Shown: positions 42,677 through 57,900 of the stretch, piece after piece | Position numbering within the stretch: the stretch's first letter is position 1 | Layout: each line of letters starts with the position of its first letter | From: Eledone cirrhosa | Taxonomy: Eukaryota | Assembly: GCA_964016885.1 (NCBI GenBank) | Contig: OZ024741.1 | Span: 269,824,001 to 269,888,000 of the forward strand | Length of the DNA: 64,000 bases | Direction: 5' to 3' | Made by a program: the position numbers and the translations under genes | Notes under the pieces: generated by a model | Database searches by the model: none | What the model saw: only the letters and a program-made list of their open reading frames with translations | What the model was told of the DNA's origin: nothing

Positions 42677-43085
42677 GTGCAGAGAGATCTCCAGATATAA
42701 AGCAATGCCTGTGCCGTGAAGCTTTTATAGTGAGCAAAGGCACTGCACAAAGCCAGTCCCACTCTCTTAACCAAGATGATATTTACCAACAAGAAGAACA
42801 AGTCAACATCATTGGATACCATCAGGGTTGCAGGTGTTATATCAGAGTTTTCCTTCTCCTAGAATTCTGCCTTGACAAAGGCTAAGGGGTCATCTATCCC
42901 GGTGATTTTGGATGGCCATTGACTTAAGAGCTGCTTTGCCCTTTGACAGGTTTTGTGTTTAGTCCTGCAGGATGTCCAAAGTCACCCTCCTCACCAAGAA
43001 ACCTTGGTGGGGTTGCCAGTTTAGTCGCCAACGACCCGACCATGAGACAGGTTGTACTGGCATACATGTTACCAGTAGCACCAAC
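42677..43085 (-). mobile_element. Family R retroposon embedded in (TACA)n
   Basis: Near-identical to about 38729-39138. Confidence 0.75.
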
Positions 43086-43334
43086 ATACATACATACATA
43101 CACACATACATACACACATACATACATAGAGGAACAAGAACTTCCTACCGAGTACCTAGTGCACAAAAGAGGAAAGTCATTAGTTGATAAACGTAGGCTG
43201 TGCTAGACAAGGACTGAATATGTTAACCCATCATTGCCAACTTCAGAAATTCTTCCATTTAAATCAGCCTTCCGCTGCCTTCTATCACTTTAATCTTAAA
43301 TGAAGGAAGAACGCTGGGTCTTGTCTTAAATATG

Positions 43335-43521
43335 CAGGTAAAATTCCGTTATAACGAATACCATTATAACGAATTTTTCAGTATAACGATTTAATTTTGC
43401 AATCCTCGACTTAATAATAAACAAACTCTCAATTTGTTTCTGTCGATCTCGTTATAAAAAAAATTTTAGTTACAACGAATTTGTTATACCCTGTCGATTT
43501 CGTTATAACGGAATTTCACTG
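43335..43521. mobile_element. pogo/Tigger-like MITE
   Basis: TIRs CAG(G)TAAAATTCCGTTATAACGAA and TTCGTTATAACGGAATTTCACTG|TA, with internal TATAACGA subrepeats. Confidence 0.8.
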
Positions 43522-44345
43522 TATTATGTCAGAAAAACAGTTAGGTGGTCACGACCGGATTGTCTTTCACCATAGGTGTCCTTCATCAGGACTATACTGC
43601 AGCTAAACAATAACTCGACTCGACCGTTGAAAGATAATCGAGTCGACTAGCATCTACTCTCGGGTTTCGAATAATCGTAATCACCCCCGCCCACGCTTAG
43701 TAATCCCCCACCCTCACGCTCTTAGTCCAACCCACACCCGATTTTATCACATTTTACTTAATCTATCTCCGGCGAAATTTTATTTTAAGTGGTAGCATTC
43801 CTGCGACAATTCTTTATACATTTACAAAACATTATACATGACAAAAAAAAGAACACTACAAGAAATCCCATACGTTATAGAATAAATAGGATAGGTTGGG
43901 GGTCTTAATAGGTAAACTAAATGACTAATTCTGGTTTTTAAAAAATCAAGGGAGACAACTATTCGATTTTCCAACCCCACCTCTTATTCCATCCTCCTCT
44001 ATTATTTGGGAGCCAAGAGTGCATCTTAAAAAATACCTGGAAAGTCAGACACATACACATACACACAAACATACATCTACACACGTGCTGCGTACAGACA
44101 CACACACAAATGAAGGGATGATTTCAAATAGATCGTGTGGTGAAGGCTATAGTTTTTGTAGTAGACTCTTATCTAATAAGGTTCCATTGTAGTTTCTACT
44201 CGAGCTACAGTGTCATCTATATCCTCCTCACTTCCACCAACACCACCACCCTGTTCATCCTATCTTAATTACCCGTTCTCAATTAAATCCCTCTCCACCA
44301 CCTCAGGTCTACCTTATTTATATTGTGTCGGCTATTGAAACGTTA

Positions 44346-44403
44346 GTTCTTGTCTGATGACCTGACCCTTTAATAAACAGGCGAAACTCCTGAGTAATGA
44401 GAC
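44346..44403 (+). ncRNA. Type I hammerhead ribozyme motif
   Basis: TCTTGT-CTGATGA-CCTG-(13 nt)-CAGG-C-GAAA-CTC-CT-GAG-TA-ATGAGA. All three stems pair, but the G10.1 position appears to be missing. Confidence 0.7.
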
Positions 44404-44429
44404 TCACTATTTAGCCGTAGTAAAATTAG

Positions 44430-44759
<330 letters not shown>

Positions 44760-45235
44760 ATATATATATATATATGTATGTATGTATATGTGTGCGTATA
44801 TATATATGTAGGAGATGGGTTTTATTATATATATGTATATATATATATATATGTGGAGGGGAGGCGTGTGTGTGTGTGTATGTATGTATATATGTATCTA
44901 TGCATGTATGTATGTATGCATGTATGTATATGAGAGTGATGTAGTTTGCTTGAAGCATTGTAAAATATGAAAATTAATTGCGTTTAGAAAGCCGCTACGA
45001 TGTAGAGGAGGATGCGAATGTTCTAGCAAGAAAGTCGGGTGAAGAAACTGAGAGGTGAGGTTGAGTGAAGAAGAGGAAGAGAAAAAGAAAAAGGAAAAAA
45101 GAACCAGAGAAATATTAACTTAGAAATATGTTTTGCTCCATATATTTCGGATGTATCATCCATTGTCGAAGAGCGCCATTCTATGCCTCTGAGTAGCTCA
45201 CATTTGAGTTATATACATATATATATCTCTCTCCC

Positions 45236-45350
45236 CATGGCTGATTGGTTGGTGAACTGGACCCGCAATCGTGAGGTTAGTCAGTTCGATTCCTGGACCG
45301 GGCGACGCGTTATGTCCTTGAGCAAGACACTTTATTTCCCGTTGCTCCTT
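45236..45350 (+). mobile_element. tRNA-derived CORE-type SINE, 5' part (family B)
   Basis: A box TGGCTGATTGG, B box AGTTCGATTCC and CORE-like TGTCCTTGAGCAAGACACTT. Confidence 0.75.
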
Positions 45351-45446
45351 CTACCTGGAGTTGCAACCGATATATAGTATTAGCAATTGGAAAGACGAAC
45401 GGAAACAATGTTTCCTCGGTCCGATTTGACGAAAGTCGATCAACTG

Positions 45447-45520
<74 letters not shown>

Positions 45521-45775
45521 CGTGCGTGCGTGTGTGTGTGTGACATCTGTGTACGTCTCCCTCTGTCTATGAATATGTGTGTGTATGTTCATGCGTGCTC
45601 ATCTGTTTATGTCTGTGTGTATGTTGTGACGTTTTTGTTTGTTTATGAGTGTTTTCAACTCTACTTATGTTTGTGTGTAAGACGCAAGCTATATGTCCTA
45701 TCGTGGCCGGCACAACTATATGAATATACGATATATATATATATATATGAGTGTGTGTGTGTATAAATATATGTC

Positions 45776-45809
<34 letters not shown>

Positions 45810-45988
45810 ATATGATATATATATATATATTATATTATATCATATCATAGATTTTATATCTCAATTTATTCGTCGTAGTCTGGAATTGGTCATAATTTGT
45901 GTGAGAGGTGTATTTTATGAGCAGCTCCAGACCATGATGAATATAATCGATACTTACATATATATGTATATATATATATATGTATGTA

Positions 45989-46029
<41 letters not shown>

Positions 46030-46133
46030 CGTGGTTCTTCAATCGAAGCAAAAATACCAGATACATAATAATCAGTACATTAGTTCTAAATCAATTTTAT
46101 TTTATGTATGTGTCTATGTGGGTGTGAGTCTAT

Positions 46134-46232
<99 letters not shown>

Positions 46233-46457
46233 GGTGGTGGAGCCATTCCCTAAAAACAACCCAGCAAAGGATAAAGATAAGCGAGTAAAAAGTTTTAAGC
46301 GTTTTGAAGGAAGGGAGGTAAATAGGGGTATGAGGTTTGGTGGGAGGGTAAAGAAGTGTGGCGTCGAGGGGGAGGGGTTGTAAGAGAGGCTGGAGAAAGG
46401 AACATATAAAAATGTGTATATACATAAACATATATATGTACATATATATATATATAC

Positions 46458-46510
<53 letters not shown>

Positions 46511-46538
46511 TATACATATATATAATTGTATCTATATA

Positions 46539-46587
<49 letters not shown>

Positions 46588-46882
46588 TATTTGTAAATCA
46601 ATTATAATAACATTTTGTTTCTTGTTTTTGCATATGTGAGTGCTTGTGTAAATGTGTCCGTGTGTGTCTGTGTTTGTCTGAATGTGTTTATGTGTGTCAT
46701 TGTGTTCGTGTGTGTGTCTTTGTTTTTTTTGCGTGAATGTGTGCCTGTGTGTCTTTGTGTTTGTGTGAATATGTTTATGTGTGTCTGTGTGTGTTTTTGT
46801 GTTTATATAAATGTGTCTCTGTGTGTGTGTTCGTGTCTGTGTTTGTGTGAGTGTGTGTGTGTGTCTTAGCGTTTGTGTGAAT

Positions 46883-47216
46883 GTATGTCTGTGTGTATTT
46901 GTGTGTGTGTGTGTGTGTGAATGTGTTTGTTATTCGTGTATATTTTGGGCTTTTTCTCTCCAAATTTCTATAAAATAAATGAGTGTAGAAGCTAATATGT
47001 TTCTCGATAAGGTGATGGTGGTTCTAGTTGTTTTTTTGATGATCTTCAGTATGTCTGTGTGTATTTGTGTGTGTGTGTGTGTGTGTGAATGTGTTTGTTA
47101 TTTGTGTATATTTTGGTCTTTTTCTCTCCAAATTTCTATAAAATAAATGAGTGTAGAAGCTAATATGTTTCTCAATAAGGTGATGGTGGTTATAGTTGTT
47201 TTTTTATGATCTTCAG
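46883..47216. repeat. About 167-bp tandem duplication
   Basis: Two near-identical units, each ending in GATCTTCAG. Confidence 0.85.
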
Positions 47217-47369
47217 AATCGTTCTAATCATGACCATCCATCCTTTTCTATAGGCACTGTAAAAATATTACGTATTGTATTACGTAACTTGTGCATTTTA
47301 TTTCACTTTTTATTTTTTTAAAAAGACCGCGAATTGGCAGAATCGCTGGAGCGACTTTGATTCTGTCTT

Positions 47370-47548
47370 CATTCTTCTTCTTCGCCCACTTATTCCTGAG
47401 AGGGTCGTGGGAGTAGAGACCTCAAGCACTCCTTCCAGCGGGTCCTGTCAGAAGCAACCGTCTCCAATTGATCCCTCCAAGCGAGACCAGCCAAGCTCAT
47501 AGATGTTACCTAACCATCGTTTTAGGGGTCTGCCCCTAGATCTCCTTT
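47370..47548 (-). mobile_element. RTE-type LINE extreme 3' end with (GAA)n tail
   Basis: Minus strand reads RRSRGRPLKRWL, followed by a short UTR and a microsatellite tail. Confidence 0.65.
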
Positions 47549-47689
47549 GTTATTTATCTCTTCTGAAATCAATAAAATAGAGTAGCCGTCCATGGCAATA
47601 GAATGGTGACATTGTTGGGGCGTTGAACAAAGATGCATTGTGGTATTTTTAAAGTCTGAATGCAGCAGATTTCTTCCAGAGAAGAATAG

Positions 47690-48090
47690 AAAGTGATAGA
47701 AAGGAAGTGAGAAAGAGATACAAAAGAAGAATCGACTCCAGTACAAGACTGATACTATTTTTATCGAACTCGAATGGGTGAAAGGCAAAGTTGACCCCTT
47801 CTTTATTTTACTACACCTAGATTTGTTCAAGTCCTTTATTCATCAGAATTATCCCGACATAATCAACCTAACGCTAATTAATCCGTCAACTTTAACATTT
47901 TTCTCTCGATTCTAATTATCTGGCGATAGATATATTATACCAGTGTTCAGAGAAAACAAAACTGGTCTTTATTTATCGAACTTAATTGGATGAAAGGCAA
48001 AGTTGACCCCGGCGAGATTTGAACTCAGAGAAATAAATACCGCAAAGCAATCTATCCGACGTTCTAACGGCTCTGCCAATTCACCGCCTA
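47690..48090 (-). mobile_element. Two decayed SINE family A-related fragments
   Basis: The motif TGAAAGGCAAAGTTGACCCC occurs twice, and a reverse B-box GATTTGAACTC is present. Confidence 0.65.
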
Positions 48091-48301
48091 ATAGCTGCTA
48101 TAACCTTAATTAAAAACAGAAGCTAAATATAATCTCTTCCAATATAATCCATTTTCATCTTCAGCTTTTTCTATAGTTAAATAGAGGTGTGAAATGATAC
48201 GAAGAGGAAAAGATATTTTAGTAAGACCAACATTCCCTCGTAGATGAAAATATGTATTACAATGGGAAATGCTGCATTTATAATTGGTGTTGTTGTTGTT
48301 T

Positions 48302-48335
<34 letters not shown>

Positions 48336-48667
48336 CTATACCTGGGTTCAACCCTGATTGATCTAACAGACCAGTGGCCAATGAAAATCTACCCAGATTC
48401 TAAGTTGAATGAAGCTTTGTTCCCAATCGCAAGACAATCTTGACGAAGGGAGATAACCCAGAAGCAATATTATTGTCGATTGTTCTCTGTCCCCTCTAGA
48501 ACAAAAGGATGACCTTGGTCATCTAAAAACATAGGAAACTAATCGAATATTATTCACGAACGCGTTTACGTATCCGCTATGTTAGAGCGAAAAACGAAAT
48601 ATATATATATAAACAGAGGAAGTATGTGTGTGGGGTGTAAGAGCGTGTTTGGGTGTGTAAGAGCGTA

Positions 48668-48768
<101 letters not shown>

Positions 48769-49259
48769 GTGTGTGTGTGAGTATTTCGGTTTAGGCATAT
48801 ATATATATATATATATGTATATTAGGGGGTGTCGAAACACAACCATTTTTAAGGAACCTTAATTCCACGGTATGCAAAGAGTTTCAAATAGTATTTTAAA
48901 TAGAATATATGAAAATTAGGGTTCTATGACCCCCTGCACCCCTCGCATACGTCCCTCCCCACACACACACAATTAAATACTCTAATGTTCTATATTAATC
49001 ATATAATCTCTAATACATATATACTAAATTGCTTATGGCTATGAATCAGCATTTGATCATATTTCACTGTAGAAACCTTGTTTAAAACATCTGATGATTA
49101 AAGATAGTAAAAACATTGAGATATAAGACAATTGGAAGGGAGGTAATTGATTTTCTTTTTGTTTTTCAGATTATTTTAGAGCTAAATTGTATTATAATTT
49201 TATAAAAATACCTACATAAATATAAACAGTAATAATTTAAGTATATAAAATTATATAAT

Positions 49260-49445
49260 TGTTTCTACTTTTGGCACAAGGCCAGCAATTACCCAGTATA
49301 TTACTGGTACTTTATTTTATCGACCCCTGTAAGGATGAAAGGCAAAGTTAACCTCGGCGGGATTTGAACTCATAACGTAAAGGGACGTAACTATGCTAGA
49401 AAGCATGGCATCCAACCCTCTACCGATACTGCCAATTCACCGCCC
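49260..49445 (-). mobile_element. SINE family A, full length, with 18-bp TSD
   Basis: TATATAAAATTATATAAT occurs at 49242-49259 and 49446-49463. Confidence 0.92.
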
Positions 49446-50158
49446 TATATAAAATTATATAATGGCAACTAGAAGTAAAAGCCGTAATTCAGCATTTGGA
49501 TTTCCTGCAGAATTTCCTACAGCAATGACCCCACCAAAGGCTGATGTATTCCAACATTATTTATACATAAGAAAACGTGAAGAACAGATATTAAAAATTT
49601 CACCCACAGCGAAAGAATGCTACCGGATTGTTGTTGCAGATGTGCAAACAATATGGGACAAATTTTCTTTTCCTTGTTGTGGATTTGAGGGAATAGCTCT
49701 AAAAATTGAGAGATTGATTGAATCTGCTTATAAATTAAACAAAATACTTATCAAGAATGAGGAGATAGTTCTGATAAGAAATTAAATGAGTTCAAACTAA
49801 AACAGCAAGAGGGATGGAAAGCGAAGAGCACTATGTTATTGTGAAAGAGCCTGGTGATGAATATTTAGATCACGTTTCCTCAGATAATAGAACAGCTCGT
49901 TTGTATTTCAGAAGAAATTATTACTCTTTTAATTGATTCTGACAGTCAAGAAAGTTTAGATATTGTATTATGTGATGGCACTCCAGTAAACACTGGTCAT
50001 TTAGGGGGGGGGGGGGGTAATTAGAATAATTGAATTATACTTAAATAAACCACTTCAGTGGCTGATATGCTTGCTACATAAAAATGAGTTTCCGTTTCGA
50101 GACGTATTTGAATCCATAGATGGAGAAACAACAGGACCACGAACATCAAAAGGCTTAA

Positions 50159-50772
50159 TCTATATATATAAAACTGAGGATGTATGTGTGTGTGTGTGAG
50201 TTTGAATCCCTAAAACTCGAGAAGTACCCAACCGATTTTTTTCAACCTTTACATGTGTATTACTTATGTTTCAGGGAGTGTTATGCACATAAAAAATTCA
50301 ACTTTTTGATCCCCTAGGGCCCGCATTAGGTGAAAAACTGCGTTTTTCAGATTTTAGGGGTTTTTTGAGGCGTTACGTCAGACCGATTTCCTTGAAACTG
50401 TAACTATTATTAGTCAGTCTCTTCTTCATACCATGAGCAAAGAAAATCCAACTTTTTTATGGCCTAGGGTGAAAAATTTCAGCTTTTTAGGGCTTTTTTG
50501 AGGCGTTAGGTCTAGCCGATTTTCTCGAAATTTCAAGGCATATTATGCACATTAAAAAAATTCATTTTCTTGATCCCTAAGGCCCGCATTAGGTGAAAAC
50601 CTGCATTTTTCCTGCTTCATCGAGGAAAATCTTAAAGATTATCCAGCCATCAGAGTATTCGGTTTATTTTCTTTACATATTGTCCAGGCATGCAGTTTTT
50701 CCACGATTAGGTCTGTTGGCGGCCCGCGTTCCAAAATACCTTATCCCCTGCAATGCCGGGTACCACTGCTAG
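50159..50772 (+). mobile_element. Non-autonomous Helitron-type element nested in the transposase
   Basis: A|TCTATATATATAAAA ... GCCGGGTACCACTGCTAG|T. Removing it restores the in-frame GGC TTA ATT AGC AAT (GLISN). Confidence 0.85.
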
Positions 50773-52221
50773 TTAGCAATAAAATTAAAGATGTAACAAA
50801 CTTAAAGATAATCAAATTTTTTCCAGTAAAAACTAAAGTGAAGGAATTGCCATTAGAAGTTGTTGATACTTTAAGCTCAGATCAAAAATATCTGTAAGAA
50901 ATGTGCCTCAGTATTTAGACAGTATTTGACTCTGACCAGTTAACAGCAAGATCACCTGGTAAAATCCATCATGCAACATGTGCAAACAGAATTCTTCGGT
51001 TATATGTTTCGGAAAAAAATCCACAAATGAATGTTATGGATCTTGTTAGAATCATAACGCAAGTTTATGCTCCAAGCTGGTTCTGGATTAAATCTCACCC
51101 AAAGTTACATGAAGGAGCAAGTAATTTTTGGTATATGGCATATCTAATGCAAGATATGAACCAAGATCATAAAGAACTTAGGGAGAAATCGTTAAAAACT
51201 AATTCGTATTTTGCCCATCCTGAAACTACTTTACTGACTGAATTATGGAAAAAGACAAATTAGAGAAGTAGCAATTCAGCGAATTATTAAAGCAAGAACT
51301 TTTCCCGGAATGCCCCGTGAAGAATTAAGAAATTTCAAACTACCAAGCAAAATAAATGTTGAAGCACAGGATTATGTTGATTTGATTAACTGAGAAAATG
51401 AAGTTATGACATCCCCTCCAGTTTTACAGAACTTTACAAATGTTGATCTTCTTAAAGCTCGTTCTGGACCATTAAGAGCAATACATCTTCCCTGTCATAG
51501 CCAAGGAGTCGAGCATGCTTTCAATTGAGTGACAAAAGCTTCTCAAGTCAGAATAGACTACAAAAATAGGCACAAATTCATATTAAATGTACAGAAATCA
51601 AGACAAAGTTTACCCCACTTTGGCTGGAAGAGACAATGGTCATTTAATTAAATAGTAAATACTATTAATGCTTATTTTATGGTGTTCACTGTTCATGTAT
51701 TTCGTTTGAGGTTCGTGCAAAGTTTTTTCTTATTGCATATCATAATAGTCGTTAAAAATTTACATTATTTATACGTTGAAAGTGCTTTTCTTAATATAGG
51801 CTTTTCTTTATAAAAAAAAAAATTAATACAAACTATATAAATTAATAGATTCCAATAACTGTTTTTTTCAGGGGTGGGGTTGCATCTAATTTATAAAAAG
51901 TTATATAAGTAATATTTAACCAATACAAAGTTAATAACATTAAAACAAGTTTACAGTTCCTTAAATGTTCAGTATTCAAAACGCAGAATGGGGGAGGGGT
52001 GGGCTCTGCGAGGGGTCGGGGTGATCGCATACTTTTTAAAATTTGTTAATTTATTTCTCACACCAAAATTAACACCAAGCAGTATGTGGGATTGGAATAG
52101 AAAATTTCGCGCCCCCCCCCCCCCCCCCTGTATATATAGTTGGATGCTGATAGATTTGACTATCATCGGCACAAGTCATTTGATGTTACCGTTAAAAATG
52201 TACATTCCCTGAATGAACAAT

Positions 52222-52265
52222 GGCAGCAGCAACAACAACAACAACAGCAGCAACAACAGCAACAA

Positions 52266-52296
<31 letters not shown>

Positions 52297-52421
52297 AGCA
52301 GCAGAAACAACAACAACAACAAAAACACCAGTGGGCAACGAGAACAACAGCAACAATAATCATATTGTTTTCTTTATACTTTTACTAACAATAACAACGG
52401 TGATACAGCAACAGCAGCAGC

Positions 52422-52484
<63 letters not shown>

Positions 52485-52487
52485 AAC

Positions 52488-52537
<50 letters not shown>
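52222..52537. repeat. (CAA/CAG)n and (TAA)n microsatellites
   Basis: Direct inspection. Confidence 0.93.
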
Positions 52538-52538
<1 letters not shown>

Positions 52539-52797
52539 TTGTGTGAAATGAATATTTTGGGAAGATAAGTGTGAAAAAAAAAGAAAAGAAAAGAAAAGAA
52601 AACAATAAGAAGGAAAGGACCAATAATAATGAAGAATGAGAAAAAAATAATCTGAAGAAAATATTAAAATTATATATATATGTATATATATAGTTTGTAT
52701 ATAATATATATATATATGTTATTTATATATATATAAATATATATATATACAAATATATATATTTATATATATATATATGTATATATATGTGTCTGTA

Positions 52798-52837
<40 letters not shown>

Positions 52838-53606
52838 AAGACACATATATATATACATTTGTATATATATATATATAAATCATAAATATAAAAAATGAAA
52901 AAGAATAAAACAAACATAAAAGAGGACAAATTTAATGGAACATGGCGAGTAAAAAATATAAAAAAAAGAAGTTGACATGTTCGAATTATTTCTTATGAGT
53001 AAGAGATAGAATGAATGTAAAAAAAATGATAAGGATGGTAAGATCTTTGAATGAGGTTTCCACAAAAATTTCGATTTTTTTTTTTTTATTTACTTGTTTG
53101 TAATCTTATTTTCAATTTTTTTTTATTTACTTGTTTGTATTCTTATTTTCAATTTTTTTTCTTTCTTTTTTAATCTTATATCCTGTCTGGAATTAAAAAA
53201 AAAACATTTGAAAAAAAATTTTTTTTTTTTTTCCTTTTATCCAAATTACAATTTTCGAACGAAAGTCAAAATGGAAGAATATTTATTATAGCGGGAGTTA
53301 AGGGAGAGAGAAAAAAATGTCCCGCTAATTGCGCTTTCTAGCTTTTCGATAGTCATGAGTTGAATATAAGTATGATCGTTTCATCATGTGAAATTTGAAA
53401 ATTGACGTAATCTTCAGCAAGTTTTAAATCAACTTTTACTCAAAGCAGACTATTTTTTTTTTCATCTACCTTTTCGTTTGCCCAATACACCCATGTATGC
53501 ATATATATCATGTGTGTGTGTGTGTATGTGTGGGCGTGTGCAACCATGCATATATTTATGAATATACATATATATGCATATACTTTTATATATATATATA
53601 AATATA

Positions 53607-54750
<1,144 letters not shown>

Positions 54751-54814
54751 TATATATATATATGAATATATATATACATATAAATATATATATATATATA
54801 CACATACATATATG

Positions 54815-54912
<98 letters not shown>

Positions 54913-54960
54913 TTATTCAAAATATTAATAAATGAATACGTTCACATAATCAAAATATAT

Positions 54961-55026
54961 GTTTTATTATATATATTTCGGAGGTACTGTGCTGGTTTTT
55001 CAGTACGTCCTCGTCAGATAAAATAC
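54961..55026 (-). ncRNA. Type I hammerhead ribozyme motif with canonical core
   Basis: Minus strand reads TTTTAT-CTGACGA-GGACGTACTG-(11 nt)-CAGTACCTCC-GAAA-TATATA-TA-ATAAAA. Confidence 0.8.
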
Positions 55027-55405
55027 ATAAATTGATGTTCGACATACCTCAACTGTGCTGTTGGTTTAATTTCAGTCTTGGCAGTGATTTATGACAACAA
55101 AACTCTATGTTTATATACCACAAGAAGGAATAATATGACAAACTAAATATGATGAAGAGAGGGACGTAGAGCGAGATATAAGTATGAGAAAATATAGAAT
55201 AAATAAATAAACACATAAGTACATAAATGTTTAAATATTTAAATGTATAAATATCCATGTTAGAGAAGAAACAGAAGAGAGAGAGTGATAAATAGAAGAG
55301 AAGAGGGAAAGAAAAAAAATAATAAATAAAAATAAAAAGATGAAGATAAAAAGAAGGATGGATGGGGAGATAAAAGAGAGGATGGAATACATAACTGCAA
55401 CAGGA

Positions 55406-55493
<88 letters not shown>

Positions 55494-56419
55494 AGAAAGA
55501 GACATGATGCGTGACAGTTGTTTTCAAATATTAAATCAAGTAGAAGCGACCAATTAAATACCGTTAAATTTTTACTATCTATTGTATTTGGTTATGTTTG
55601 AGCAAAATTATACTAATATATTAAATCAAAATTAAACAATATAAAATATTTTCAATGATAATCAGAAGCATAGTTAAATTAATAAATATATTCAATATTT
55701 TGTTACAAAATTCAAAATCAGAAATATTTAACCTACCAATGAAGTTTACAAATATAGTAAATATGTATGAGTATATTTATCATAACTTAATCGTATATCA
55801 CGATCTGTATATGCATTTCATATAATGTTTAGAATTATTAACATTATAAACATTACAAACAGTTTAAATCAATAGTTGTCAATTACATATGAGATTAATT
55901 AATAGTTATATTTACTCTTGAAAGTATTATTATTTCGAATCAACCTAATCTTACTACACGCAACATTATAAATTATATTAAATATACATTATTAATCCAT
56001 TTAGATAAAACGAAAATTATATACGATAAATGTAAGCAAATGAGCTCCGTACAGCATATCTGATCATTTAAATTAGCTAAATGCTTTGAAAGCCAGGAGG
56101 TATTTCAAATCGCAAATTTAGAAAATTCAAGTTATACAAAGACGATTCAAAACCGAACTAAAGGTATTTAGTCAATCATGAGATTAACCTACTATATAAA
56201 AGAGCAAATATGCAATTCCATAAGGCAAGGTAAAACATTATACATAATAACAATAGTAGCATTTCAAGAATTATTAATAAAAGTCAATATTTTTTCTTTC
56301 ACTCACTCAGTGTTTTTTTCTAAATATATATATATATGGACGACTGCTTCATCCTCTGGCATGAAAGTATAGATAGACTGTTTGAGTTTAAAACCCTTCT
56401 GAATGGACTCAACACAAAT

Positions 56420-57900
56420 GGATTACCGCCATGAACAACTCCCTTTCCTCGACATCCTCATCAAGAAAACAAGCAACAAAATAGAAACAGACATATACTA
56501 CAAACCCACAGAGTCCAAACAATACCTTCCATTCAACTCGTGCCACTCTAGACACACCAAAATGGCAATTCTTTATAACCTAGCCAAAAGGGTCTGCACA
56601 ATAGTTTCAGATAAATACACATGCTAAAATACACATGCTACACACGACTAGAAGAATTAAAAAATACACTTATCAGCAGAAACTACCCACCATCCCTAAT
56701 CACCAATGGATTCCAACGTGCCCTAAAACTAGACATCCAGGAACTCAGACACCCCAAACCCAGGAATGAACCGCAACAAAAAACTCTACCATACATCTCC
56801 ACACACAACCCCTCTCAACAATGAGGCATTCGACACCATCCTCCAGAACATTCCTTTACTAAAACGAGACCCAAGAATGAATAAAATCCTCCAAACACAC
56901 AACATCATAAAGAGCAAAAGACAACCTAAATCCATAAAAAACATCCTCACACAAACCAAAATCCAAAAAACCCTCATAATGAACCCTACAGTAACAAAAT
57001 GCGGACGGCCCAACTGTGGCATATGCATAAATCTAATAGAAGGTTCAACATTCCATTTTAAACAAGGACAGCGTTTCACAGTTAAACACAACTTTACATG
57101 TGCATCTGAAAACCTAATCTATGTTTTGACCTGCTCAGGTTGTCAAGAGCACTACATAGGACAGACAAAAATCAGCCTCCGTCAACGTATGACCGTCCAT
57201 AAATCACAAATTAAAATACAGGAATGCAGAAAGATTTCATTTAGTGAACATATCGCCAATTGTGCTCACAACCAACAACCAAACTTTAAAATTTTCCCAT
57301 TTACAAATTCATAGACAACGCTACTTTCCTCCAACGTACCAATAAGAAAACATATTCCATTAACAAATTCCAACCTCAACTTAATGCTCTAAAAATCGGA
57401 CCAATCTAAAACTGCAACAAACAATCAAACATTTACAAGAGTTACCTCCCTCACACCCTACCTAATCCTTTTTCTTAAATAAATTAAATATCATCCAGCA
57501 AGAATTGCTTCCCCTGCATATTAACTCTCTAAAAAGAGAAATCATACCAAACCTCAGTCCACCATTTGCCTCCATCATGGAATCATGGATCAACTAAGCA
57601 CTCTTGCTATATTAACACATTTTGATCTGCTTAACTTCAAGAACTATGCCTGTAAATAACATTATTTTTTCTTCCACATTGATTTTTTATGCTCTACATT
57701 ATGCACGTTTTTTTTTCCTTTTTCTTTTTTCTTTTCACTTCATAAACCTTGTTTGTAAATAACATTATTCTTTCTGCACCTTCTGTTTAACATGTGCGAC
57801 ACCATACTAATACATTTCACTATCATTTGATAATGCATAAAAATGCTGAAACCGGTAATAGATAATTATTAAATATATAAATAGATAAATAAATGCCATT
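56420..57900 (+). mobile_element. Neptune-like PLE, 3' portion, decayed
   Basis: LPFLDILI, TDIYYKPT..QYLPFNSCH, zinc knuckle CGRPNCGIC and GIY-YIG NLIYVLTCSGCQEHYIGQT..LRQRM. An HHR lies in the 3' region. Confidence 0.88.
57821..57864 (+). ncRNA. Minimal hammerhead motif with C3U/G8A core
   Basis: TATCAT-TTGATAA-T-GCAT-AAAA-ATGC-T-GAAA-CCGG-TA-ATAGATA. Confidence 0.7.

Larger units (their letters stand above)
48822..52130 (+). mobile_element. Decayed hAT-superfamily (hATm-like) DNA transposon with transposase pseudogene (about 49462-51650)
   Basis: Motifs LCDGTPVNTG, LQWLICLLH (CxxH), PGKIHHA, VYAPSWFWIK, YFAHPE and LPCHSQGVE. Imperfect TIRs TAGGGGGTGTCGAAA and TTTCGCGCCCC..CCTG. Confidence 0.72.

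Noticed and set aside
38729-43085. LTR retrotransposon (direct repeats flanking an RT)
   Set aside because: The repeats lack TG..CA ends, PBS and PPT; the RT is non-LTR (R4-like) and on the opposite strand; and a third dispersed copy exists at 35 kb.
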